Sequence record: SRR20825006_660
Strand: one strand, 5' to 3'
DNA length: 46,521 nucleotides
Below the pieces are notes generated by a model. It was not told the origin of the DNA and made no database searches. It saw only the letters and a program-made list of their open reading frames with translations. How positions within the stretch are numbered: position 1 is the stretch's first letter; every line of letters starts with the position of its first letter. Below are positions 18,200-25,941 of the stretch, one piece after another. The position numbers and the translations under genes were made by a program.

Positions 18200-19252
18200 T
18201 TAGTTTAAAGCCTTTACCGCCCGCGCAATAACGCTCTCAATGGCAGTGGTATTGGCAACGGTAACGTTTTGGGTATGTTTTTGAACTTCGGCAGCAGTGG
18301 TGTTACCAATGCAAACCGAAAGCATATTCTTAAAATGATTTACAGCCGAAAAACTTTGTACTCCAGACGGACTGAAAAAAAGAACGGCGTCAAATTCCTG
18401 CTTAAATTCTTGCGGATTACTTTTTGTTTTATAGCAAACGATTTCCTCAAAAGACACTTGATTTTTAGTCAAATGTTCCGGAAGTTCGTCTCTTCTTATT
18501 GCACTGCAAAAGAATGAGAAATGCGCGTTTTTATGGTTTTTTACGATAAAATCGGCTAAATCTGCTGCATTTTGAGCGGTTTTCACCACTTTAAAACCTT
18601 TTTTGATTAAGGACCTTTCGGTTTTAGAACCTACGCAAAAACAGCTGAACGTTTCGGTATTTAAATCGGGTTGCTTGTTTAAAAAAGCCTGAACCCCATT
18701 TTTACTCGTGAAAATCAGATTTTCTAAGTTCTTCGGAAATTCAACATCCAGAAATTCAATTTGAATCGCATCATATTCAACCACCGAAAAACCAGCGCCC
18801 AAAATCAAATTCTTTTGAGCAGAAGTGAGTTTTTTTGTGGAAAGGATGCTTTTTCCCTCACCCCCGGCCCCTCTCCCGACGGAGAGGGGAGCGGAAGAAT
18901 TCATTTTAGAACTTTTATATTTTGCAATTGTATCTGTAATAACCTTAGGTTCTTTTAAAACTGTTGTATTTGAAAAACGCAGTACCTTGTAGCCAAGAGC
19001 TTTCAGATGTAAATCTCTCAGTTCATCCTTTTCCTTTTGCTCTGGATGGTTATGATAACCACCATCCAACTCGATGACTAGTTTTAATTCATAACAGAAA
19101 AAATCAACGATATAACCTTTAAGAGGATGTTGTCTTCTAAATTTTAGTCCGTTTATTTTACGATCACGAAGCAATTCCCAAAGCACCTTTTCTACTTCGG
19201 TTGAGTCTTGTCTAAGCAAGCGAGCAAGTTTTATGTGATTGCTTCTTTTCAT
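18200..19252 (-). CDS. hemD: Fusion: N-terminal DUF559 (Vsr-like) endonuclease domain plus uroporphyrinogen-III synthase
   Basis: Residues ~1-110 carry LR..ST..E..LW, FRRQHP, YIVDF, LVIELDGGYH, D..RD..L...GYKVLRFSN. From KSILSTKKL the protein is HemD-like (IFTSKNGV, CVG, FFSPSGV, IGNTTA). Lies between hemC and hemE. Confidence 0.88.
   Translation of the reverse strand: MKRSNHIKLARLLRQDSTEVEKVLWELLRDRKINGLKFRRQHPLKGYIVDFFCYELKLVIELDGGYHNHPEQKEKDELRDLHLKALGYKVLRFSNTTVLKEPKVITDTIAKYKSSKMNSSAPLSVGRGAGGEGKSILSTKKLTSAQKNLILGAGFSVVEYDAIQIEFLDVEFPKNLENLIFTSKNGVQAFLNKQPDLNTETFSCFCVGSKTERSLIKKGFKVVKTAQNAADLADFIVKNHKNAHFSFFCSAIRRDELPEHLTKNQVSFEEIVCYKTKSNPQEFKQEFDAVLFFSPSGVQSFSAVNHFKNMLSVCIGNTTAAEVQKHTQNVTVANTTAIESVIARAVKALN
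18855..18889. repeat. REP-like hairpin repeat, copy 1 (inside the fusion CDS)
   Basis: CCCTCACCCCCGG-CCCCTCTCC-cgac-GGAGAGGGG; translated on the minus strand as PLSVGRGAGGEG. Confidence 0.85.
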
Positions 19253-19259
19253 AAGGGCT

Positions 19260-19294
19260 TCCTTCTCCTTTGGGAGAAGGATTGAGGATGAGGG
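19260..19294. repeat. REP-like hairpin repeat, copy 2 (inverted relative to copy 1)
   Basis: Reverse complement is CCCTCATCCTCAA-TCCTTCTCC-caaa-GGAGAAGGA; 25/35 identical to copy 1 with two compensatory stem changes. Confidence 0.85.
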
Positions 19295-19296
19295 TT

Positions 19297-20214
19297 TTAA
19301 ATTTCTTTCTTAATAGCTTCCATCAATTCGCGGCCGCCTTCTTCCAAAATTTTTAAAGCACATAGCGCACCAAAATCCTGACATTCTGAAACCGGAATGC
19401 TTTCTTTGATCTCTAATTTTTGAGTTCCATCCAGACTGAAAAGCGCTCCGTGAAAATGAATATGGTCGTCTTCAATTTTTGCGATCGCACCAATAGGAGC
19501 GGTACAACCTCCTTCTAATTTCCGAAGAAATTCACGCTCTACTTTTGTGGTAAGCGCTGCATCAGCATCATTGAGTTTTGCACAAGCTTCTTTGCAAAAA
19601 GCATCGTTATCCATCACAGCGATCACCATCGCACCTTGTGCCGGAGCCGGAATCATCCAGTCTAAAACTTTGTGATTCTCGGGCTTTAGATTGATGCGTT
19701 CTAAACCGGCTTTTGCAAAAACAGCCCCCGCCCAATCATTATCGGCAACCTTTTGCAGGCGGGTGTTCACGTTTCCGCGGAGATCAACCACCTGATGCTT
19801 TGGGTGTTTGTTAAGCCATTGCGCTTTGCGGCGTAAACTTCCCGTAGCAATGGTAACAGAATCTGAAAAATCTGTAGCGTTTTTATCAGCTTTAAAAACA
19901 AAAATATCTTCGGTAGCAGCACGAGGTAAAACCGCTCCTTGCACAATGCCTTTAGGGAGTTGCGTGGGAACATCTTTCATAGAATGCACCGCAATATCTA
20001 CGTCGCCGTTGATCATCGCAACATCAAGAGTTTTGGTAAAAATACCGGTTATTCCTAGTTCGTAAAGCGGTTTGTCAAGGATAAGATCTCCGGTTGATTT
20101 TACCGAGATCAACTCGGTTTTATAACCTAAAGATTCCAATTGATTCTGTACGGTGTGTGCCTGCCAAAGCGCTAGTTCGCTATCGCGGGTACCTATGCGT
20201 ATGGTTTTTGCCAA
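19297..20214 (-). CDS. hemC: Hydroxymethylbilane synthase
   Basis: IGTRDSELALWQA, VHSMKDVP, GSLRR, LRGNVNTRL, LEGGCTAPIG. Confidence 0.96.
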   Translation of the reverse strand: MAKTIRIGTRDSELALWQAHTVQNQLESLGYKTELISVKSTGDLILDKPLYELGITGIFTKTLDVAMINGDVDIAVHSMKDVPTQLPKGIVQGAVLPRAATEDIFVFKADKNATDFSDSVTIATGSLRRKAQWLNKHPKHQVVDLRGNVNTRLQKVADNDWAGAVFAKAGLERINLKPENHKVLDWMIPAPAQGAMVIAVMDNDAFCKEACAKLNDADAALTTKVEREFLRKLEGGCTAPIGAIAKIEDDHIHFHGALFSLDGTQKLEIKESIPVSECQDFGALCALKILEEGGRELMEAIKKEI

Positions 20215-20217
20215 AGC

Positions 20218-21483
20218 TTAGTTATTTTGAAGTTTAAACACTTTTTGAATCAACTCCAGACTTTCGGTATTTGAAAAATCCTCGGTTTTTAAGTGTTTTG
20301 CAAACTGAGTAGTAATTTTTTGAATGATGCGCTCGCTTATGATTTCGGCTTGTTCTTCATTAAAACCATCAATTTTTTTGCGCTGATTGTCGATCTCTCC
20401 ATCTTTAAAATCGGCCAATTTCATCTTTAAAGCGCGAATGGTGGGAGCAAATTGGCGCGCGGTTAACCACTCGTAAAATTCCTCCTGAATTTCCTCGATA
20501 ATGGCTTCAGCCTGCGGCAATTGCTTTTTGCGGCGATTGAGCGTATCGTTGGTGATTTTTGAAAGCTGATCAAGATGCACCAGGCTCACGCCGTTTACTT
20601 CTTCAACGTTTTCATTTACGTTTTTCGGAATGCTCAGATCGAGAATAAGTAAAGGTTTCTTGAGGTATAAAAGCTCTTTTGAAATGGTAGGCTTTTGTGC
20701 GCCAGTTGCCACAATGAGCACATCTGCTTGAGCGATTTCCGACTGAATATCAGCGTAATCCTTTACAATAAGATTGAATTTCCCCGCGATACGTTCGGCT
20801 TTATCTTTAGTGCGGTTGATGAGCGTGATGTGGTCGTTTTTGGTGTGTTTTACCAAATTTTCACAGGTATTACGCCCAATTTTTCCGGTTCCGAAAAGCA
20901 AAATGTTCTTTTCTGAAATAAAAGGAACACGGGATAACATATATTGAACCGAAGCAAAACTCACTGAAGTTGCTCCGCTCGAAATATTGGTTTCATTTTT
21001 TATGCGCTTACTCGCCTGAATCACGGCATTGATCAATCGCTCCATAAACGGATTGACCAGATTGAGTTTTTTAGCACGTTTAAAGCCGCTTTTTAACTGA
21101 CTTATAATTTCAAAATCTCCTAGAATCTGACTGTCAAGACCAGTGCCTACTTTAAAAAGATGCTCGACGGCTTGCTCGTTTTTGTACTCGTAAGAGACCG
21201 CTTTAAACTCTTCAATGGTGCCGCGCGTGTGCTCGCATAACAATTTGATGAGGTCTAAAGGTTCTTGAGCAAAACCATACAATTCGGTACGGTTGCAGGT
21301 AGAAATAATACTCAAGCCTTCAATACCTTCCTCGTGAGCACGACTTAAAATCGCTTCTTGAATGGTACTATCAACACTAAAATGCCCGCGCGTTTCAGCA
21401 TCAGCTTTTAAATAGCTTAAGCCAATGGCGAAAAAATCACCGGGATAAGCCGGGTAAAAATGTCGTTTGCCGTTTGTATTCAT
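20218..21483 (-). CDS. hemA: Glutamyl-tRNA reductase
   Basis: STCNRTELY, GLDSQILGD.EI, GTGKIG, DLSIPKNV; ATG 21483 lies just downstream of a promoter box. Confidence 0.95.
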   Translation of the reverse strand: MNTNGKRHFYPAYPGDFFAIGLSYLKADAETRGHFSVDSTIQEAILSRAHEEGIEGLSIISTCNRTELYGFAQEPLDLIKLLCEHTRGTIEEFKAVSYEYKNEQAVEHLFKVGTGLDSQILGDFEIISQLKSGFKRAKKLNLVNPFMERLINAVIQASKRIKNETNISSGATSVSFASVQYMLSRVPFISEKNILLFGTGKIGRNTCENLVKHTKNDHITLINRTKDKAERIAGKFNLIVKDYADIQSEIAQADVLIVATGAQKPTISKELLYLKKPLLILDLSIPKNVNENVEEVNGVSLVHLDQLSKITNDTLNRRKKQLPQAEAIIEEIQEEFYEWLTARQFAPTIRALKMKLADFKDGEIDNQRKKIDGFNEEQAEIISERIIQKITTQFAKHLKTEDFSNTESLELIQKVFKLQNN

Positions 21484-21494
21484 AAGTTCGGGTG

Positions 21495-21502
21495 CAAATG
21501 TA
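21495..21502 (-). promoter_or_regulatory. -7 promoter element of the hemA operon
   Basis: Reverse complement TACATTTG is a perfect TAnnTTTG, 11 nt before ATG 21483. Confidence 0.7.
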
Positions 21503-21634
21503 TTTCGGTAAAGCTTCAAAAAATAACGCTAGAGGTATGATTTTTAACGATGACCGAATAAATTGTCCTTTTTTTGAGGAAAATGCTGCAAATAGGCTAA
21601 TTTAGTGAGGTGTTGTAAGATGAAGAAACGATAC

Positions 21635-21656
21635 TGTTTAGAATAAATCTAAATAA
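21635..21656. promoter_or_regulatory. Fur-box-like palindrome upstream of the araC gene
   Basis: tgTTTAGA-ataaa-TCTAAAtaa, resembling the Flavobacteriia Fur consensus ATTTAGA-N5-TCTAAAT. Confidence 0.65.
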
Positions 21657-21673
21657 AGTTTTTTTTTAAAGTT

Positions 21674-22561
21674 ATGGAAGCAGTCAAAAATATCGCTACA
21701 GGTTTATACAGTGAAACCACCATTGAGGAGGGATTTTTTATTCTAAAATTTAATAATGAAACCACTGAAGCCCAACAGATAGCCCGTGAAGTTGATAGTA
21801 GTTTTATTCAATTTCATTTTTGTGCAAAGGGTAATTCGGTCTTTCAGTTTAACGAAGGAAATTATAAGCTTCCGCTTGCGGAGGAACATTCTTTATTGCT
21901 GTATAATCCGCAACGGGATTTACCCATTAATTTGGAGATCGCTCCGGAGAGTTGGGTGATTTCGGTGTTTATTTCGATCAAGAAATTTCATTCCCTCTTT
22001 TCAAGGGAAGCCGATTTTATCACCTTTTTAAGTGACGAAAATCGAGACCGAAAATATTACAAAGACGGTTTGATCTCACCTTCCATGGCCATTGTGCTCA
22101 ACCAATTGATGAATTATAACCTGCATCCTTCGGTCAAAGCGTTGTACTTTAAAGGGAAGGTTTATGAATTGATCAGCTTGTATTTTAACCGTCCGTCTGA
22201 AGCTGATGTGGAGCAGTGTCCTTTTCTGGTAGATGAAGATAATGTGGCAAAAATCAAACGCGCTAAAGACATCGTGATCGCACGAATGGCCGAACCGCCA
22301 TCGCTACAGGAACTCGCCGATGAGATCAATCTTAGCCTCAATAAACTCAAAGAAGGTTTCAAACAGATCTATGGAGATTCGGTTTATAGTTTTTTATTCG
22401 ATTATAAGATGGAAGTTGCCCGCCAGTTGCTGGCAAGCGGATCGCATAATGTAAATGAAGTAGGGCTGAGAATTGGTTACAGTACTGCAAGTCATTTTAT
22501 CGCGGCTTTCAAAAAACAATACGGGACTACGCCCAAAAAATACATTCAATCTTTAAGCTAA
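21674..22561 (+). CDS. AraC-family transcriptional regulator (PchR-like)
   Basis: C-terminal double HTH: PPSLQELA...KLKEGFKQIYG, NVNEVG..IGYSTASHFIAAFKKQYGTTPK. Confidence 0.93.
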   Translation: MEAVKNIATGLYSETTIEEGFFILKFNNETTEAQQIAREVDSSFIQFHFCAKGNSVFQFNEGNYKLPLAEEHSLLLYNPQRDLPINLEIAPESWVISVFISIKKFHSLFSREADFITFLSDENRDRKYYKDGLISPSMAIVLNQLMNYNLHPSVKALYFKGKVYELISLYFNRPSEADVEQCPFLVDEDNVAKIKRAKDIVIARMAEPPSLQELADEINLSLNKLKEGFKQIYGDSVYSFLFDYKMEVARQLLASGSHNVNEVGLRIGYSTASHFIAAFKKQYGTTPKKYIQSLS

Positions 22562-22563
22562 TT

Positions 22564-23298
22564 ATGAGAAAATTAATCCCGGTTTTAGGTCTGTTGCTGA
22601 TTCTTTCGAGTTGCAATTCGACCAGAACTACAAACCAACCTGTTACAAAACACGTTTTAGTTTTTACCAAAACGATGGGTTGGCGTCACGGTTCTATTGA
22701 AAAAGGAGTTGCAACGCTCAAAGAGATAGGAGCTCAGGAAGGTTGGCAAATTACGCAAAGCGAAGACTCTTTGGCTATCAATACTGAAAATTTAGCTAAA
22801 ACCGATCTTGTAATTTTTTTAAGCACTACCGGAGATATTTTAGGTCCTGATCAGGAAGCTGCTTTCAAAAAGTACATTCAAAACGGCGGTGCATTTATGG
22901 GAATCCACGCGGCCACAGATACCGAATTTGACTGGCCATGGTACGGTAAATTAGTGGGTGGTTATTTTAAAGATCACCCTAACGATCCCAATGTGCGCAA
23001 GGCTTCTCTAAAGAAAGCGGCTCCACATGTAACCACCAGTATGTATTCTAAAACTTTTGAGCGCACAGACGAGTGGTATAACTACTACAATTTAAGTGAC
23101 GCGGTGACCGCTACTTTATATTTGGATGAAAGCAGCTATGAAGGCGGAACCAACGGCGACTATCATCCCATTGCCTGGTATCAGGATTTTGATGGAGGTA
23201 GAATGTATTACACCGGCGGCGGCCACACCGACGAAGCGTATGATGAGGTGGCTTTTAAGGCACATCTGGAAAGTGTGATGCGCTGGTTGATGGAATGA
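22564..23298 (+). CDS. ThuA-domain lipoprotein
   Basis: Lipobox LSSC; VLVFTKT.GWRH, GIHAATDT, DEWY, YTGGGH. Confidence 0.85.
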   Translation: MRKLIPVLGLLLILSSCNSTRTTNQPVTKHVLVFTKTMGWRHGSIEKGVATLKEIGAQEGWQITQSEDSLAINTENLAKTDLVIFLSTTGDILGPDQEAAFKKYIQNGGAFMGIHAATDTEFDWPWYGKLVGGYFKDHPNDPNVRKASLKKAAPHVTTSMYSKTFERTDEWYNYYNLSDAVTATLYLDESSYEGGTNGDYHPIAWYQDFDGGRMYYTGGGHTDEAYDEVAFKAHLESVMRWLME

Positions 23299-23372
23299 AT
23301 CACAATAAATTTTTCTGATAAAGTTTCACATAAGCTTTATAGTTATCGTATTTCTAAAAAATTGATAAGTCG

Positions 23373-23380
23373 TAATTTTG
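23373..23380 (+). promoter_or_regulatory. -7 promoter element upstream of hemH
   Basis: TAATTTTG 18 nt before ATG 23399. Confidence 0.6.
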
Positions 23381-23398
23381 ACGCACTAAAAAAAAGGC

Positions 23399-24439
23399 AT
23401 GAAAAAAGGAGTACTTCTAGTGAATTTGGGATCGCCTAAAAGCACCGATCCTAAGGATGTAAAAGAATATTTAGGGGAGTTTTTGATGGATGAGCGCGTG
23501 ATCGACGTCCCGCTTTGGGCGCGCACCTTGCTCGTAAAAGGAATCATCTTAAACACCCGACCAAAAAAATCTGCTGAAGCCTATTCAAAAATTTGGTGGG
23601 ACGAAGGTTCGCCTTTGATCGTCTTAAGCGAACGCCTGCAGGCAAAAGTTTCAGAGAAGGTTGATGTTCCTGTGGCATTGGCGATGCGATACGGCACACC
23701 GTCCTTAAAAGAAGGTCTTGAAGAGTTGAATGCAAAAGGTGTAGATGAGGTTTTGATTCTTCCCTTGTATCCTCAGTTTGCTATGGCGACAACAGAAACC
23801 ATTCTTGTTTTAGCTGAAGAGTTGCGTAAAGCACATTTTCCGCATATGCGTTTTTCAGATATTCCTGCGTTTTACAACAAGTCGGAGTATATTGAAGTAC
23901 TTTCAAAAAGCATTCACGAGAAAATTGAAAACCTCGACTATGAGATGTTGGTTTTCAGTTATCACGGAGTTCCTGAGCGACACATTCGCAAAAGCGACGT
24001 TACAAAAAGTCATTGTAAAATAGACGGCAGTTGTTGTCAAATGCCTTCTCAGGCACATCAGTTTTGCTACCGCCACCAGTGTTATGAAACCACACGCCAA
24101 GTTGCTGAAAAACTCAATTTAAAAGAAGGAACCTATTTCACTTCATTCCAATCCCGTTTAGGTTTTGACCCGTGGTTGCAACCCTATACCGATCGTACCA
24201 TAGAACGTTTTGGTAAAGAAGGCATCAAAAAAATGGCAATAGTTACTCCGGCTTTTGTGAGTGATTGTCTTGAGACGCTGGAAGAAATCGCGATGGAAGG
24301 CGAGGAGATCTTCCACGAGATGGGCGGTAAGGAGTTTACAACCATTCCTTGCTTAAATGATCGCGACGATTGGGCGCATGTTGTTGCTACCTGGATCAAC
24401 GATTGGGCGCTAGTAGAAGCCTCAAAAGCTATAGCATAA
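23399..24439 (+). CDS. hemH: Ferrochelatase
   Basis: LLVNLGSP, AMRYG.P, LPLYPQ, FSYHG, FQSR, WLQPYT, FVSDCLETLEEI. Confidence 0.96.
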   Translation: MKKGVLLVNLGSPKSTDPKDVKEYLGEFLMDERVIDVPLWARTLLVKGIILNTRPKKSAEAYSKIWWDEGSPLIVLSERLQAKVSEKVDVPVALAMRYGTPSLKEGLEELNAKGVDEVLILPLYPQFAMATTETILVLAEELRKAHFPHMRFSDIPAFYNKSEYIEVLSKSIHEKIENLDYEMLVFSYHGVPERHIRKSDVTKSHCKIDGSCCQMPSQAHQFCYRHQCYETTRQVAEKLNLKEGTYFTSFQSRLGFDPWLQPYTDRTIERFGKEGIKKMAIVTPAFVSDCLETLEEIAMEGEEIFHEMGGKEFTTIPCLNDRDDWAHVVATWINDWALVEASKAIA

Positions 24440-24442
24440 CTC

Positions 24443-24471
24443 CATTCCCGCGTAGGCGGGAATCTTTTTTT
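24443..24471 (+). repeat. ATTCCC-N8-GGGAAT palindrome (dRS3/REP-like), probably acting as the hemH terminator
   Basis: cATTCCCGCgtagGCGGGAATc followed by a T-tract. Confidence 0.65.
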
Positions 24472-24537
24472 GTAAGCATCTGGAATTTTTATTTTCGAAA
24501 ATACTTACAAGCATGAATCTTTTTAACCCAAAACAAA

Positions 24538-25881
24538 TTGCTAAAAACCGAACGTTCTGAAGCTTTAGGAAACGAACCTGTCAGCACGCTGCTTATCAAG
24601 CAAGCGGTGCCGGCATCTATAGGCATTCTAGTCATGTCGCTCAATATTCTTGTCGACACCATTTTTGTGGGCAATTGGATTGGGAGTATTGCGATCGCAG
24701 CGATTAACGTGGTGCTGCCGGTTTCTTTTTTTATTGCAGCTTTGGGGATGGCGATCGGGATAGGTGGTTCTTCTATTATTTCTCGCGCGTTAGGAGCTAA
24801 TGATAAGAGCAAGGCGCTAAAAACCTTTGGTAATCAAATAACCATAACCTTACTGTTGACCATCAGTATGGTGATTTTGGGCCTGGTTTTTATCAATCAA
24901 CTGATCCCTGCTTTTGGAGGAAAGGGCGACATCTTTGAGCCCGCAAAGATCTATTACCGAATTGTACTTTACGGAGTGCCGGTGCTAGCGCTGTGTATGA
25001 TGGGCAACAATGTGATCAGGGCCGAAGGCAAACCTAAATTTGCAATGATTGCAATGATTATTCCGTCGCTGGGTAACCTGATTCTTGACTATCTCTTGAT
25101 CAACATCCTAGATATGGGGATGGAAGGCGCCGCCTGGGCAACCACAGCATCGTATATCTGTTGTTTCTTTTACGTGTTATGGTACTTCCTAAGCGATAAT
25201 TCTGAACTGAAAATTGATGTCAGCCATTTTGGTCTTGACTGGCCTATTTTAAAAGAAATGTCTGCTTTAGGTTTTGTGACCCTTGCGCGACAAGCAGTGG
25301 TAAGCTTGACCTATTTGTTGATGAACAATATTCTGTTTGAACTGGGCGGCGAAGCTTCGGTCACAGTGTATGCGATCATAGGGCGTATGCTTATGTTCGC
25401 TTTGTTTCCCGTCCTTGGGGTTACCCAAGGTTTTCTACCGATCGCCGGTTACAATTACGGAGCGCAAAATTATGATCGGGTGCGTCAAAGCATCAAGTTA
25501 GCGATCTATTATGCTTGCGGGGTTGCCGTACTGATCTTTATAGCAATTATGGCATTTCCAAAAGCTATTGTTTCGGTTTTTACCCAAGATGAAGCGGTGC
25601 TGCACGATACACCTTGGGCGATGCGCTGGGTGTTTGCGGCGATTCCTATTATAGGGATTCAGTTAATTGGTTCGGCGTATTATCAAGCGATTGGTAAAGC
25701 AACTCCGGCATTGCTTTTAACGCTCACCAGACAAGGATTTTTCTTTATTCCGCTAGTGCTAATACTTCCCAATTACTTTGGCGAATTAGGCGTTTGGATT
25801 TCTTTTCCCATTGCTGATACCTTATCAACAATAGTTACGGCTTACTTTTTATGGCGAGAAACACGCCTAAAATTAGACTAG
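24538..25881 (+). CDS. MATE family efflux transporter (MepA-like)
   Basis: LVDTIFVG, two hydrophobic halves, RAEG.P, GYNYGA, GVWISFP. Confidence 0.92.
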   Translation: MLKTERSEALGNEPVSTLLIKQAVPASIGILVMSLNILVDTIFVGNWIGSIAIAAINVVLPVSFFIAALGMAIGIGGSSIISRALGANDKSKALKTFGNQITITLLLTISMVILGLVFINQLIPAFGGKGDIFEPAKIYYRIVLYGVPVLALCMMGNNVIRAEGKPKFAMIAMIIPSLGNLILDYLLINILDMGMEGAAWATTASYICCFFYVLWYFLSDNSELKIDVSHFGLDWPILKEMSALGFVTLARQAVVSLTYLLMNNILFELGGEASVTVYAIIGRMLMFALFPVLGVTQGFLPIAGYNYGAQNYDRVRQSIKLAIYYACGVAVLIFIAIMAFPKAIVSVFTQDEAVLHDTPWAMRWVFAAIPIIGIQLIGSAYYQAIGKATPALLLTLTRQGFFFIPLVLILPNYFGELGVWISFPIADTLSTIVTAYFLWRETRLKLD

Positions 25882-25941
25882 AGGTATTCAAAAAAGATTG
25901 TAATGATTAACTTAGTTAGCTACTAACTAAGTCTTTTAATT

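Larger units (their letters stand above)
18855..19294 (-). mobile_element. Putative REP-flanked DUF559 endonuclease insertion module
   Basis: Inverted hairpin repeats at both ends (CCCTCA...TGAGGG), TTTT on both outer sides, AT-rich nuclease domain inside, separating hemC from the HemD domain. Confidence 0.6.

Noticed and set aside
18855-19294. Interpretation as an IS element, intein or group I/II intron
   Set aside because: No DDE/HUH transposase motifs, no intein C/S…HN termini and no room for an intron core; the insert is N-terminal to HemD.
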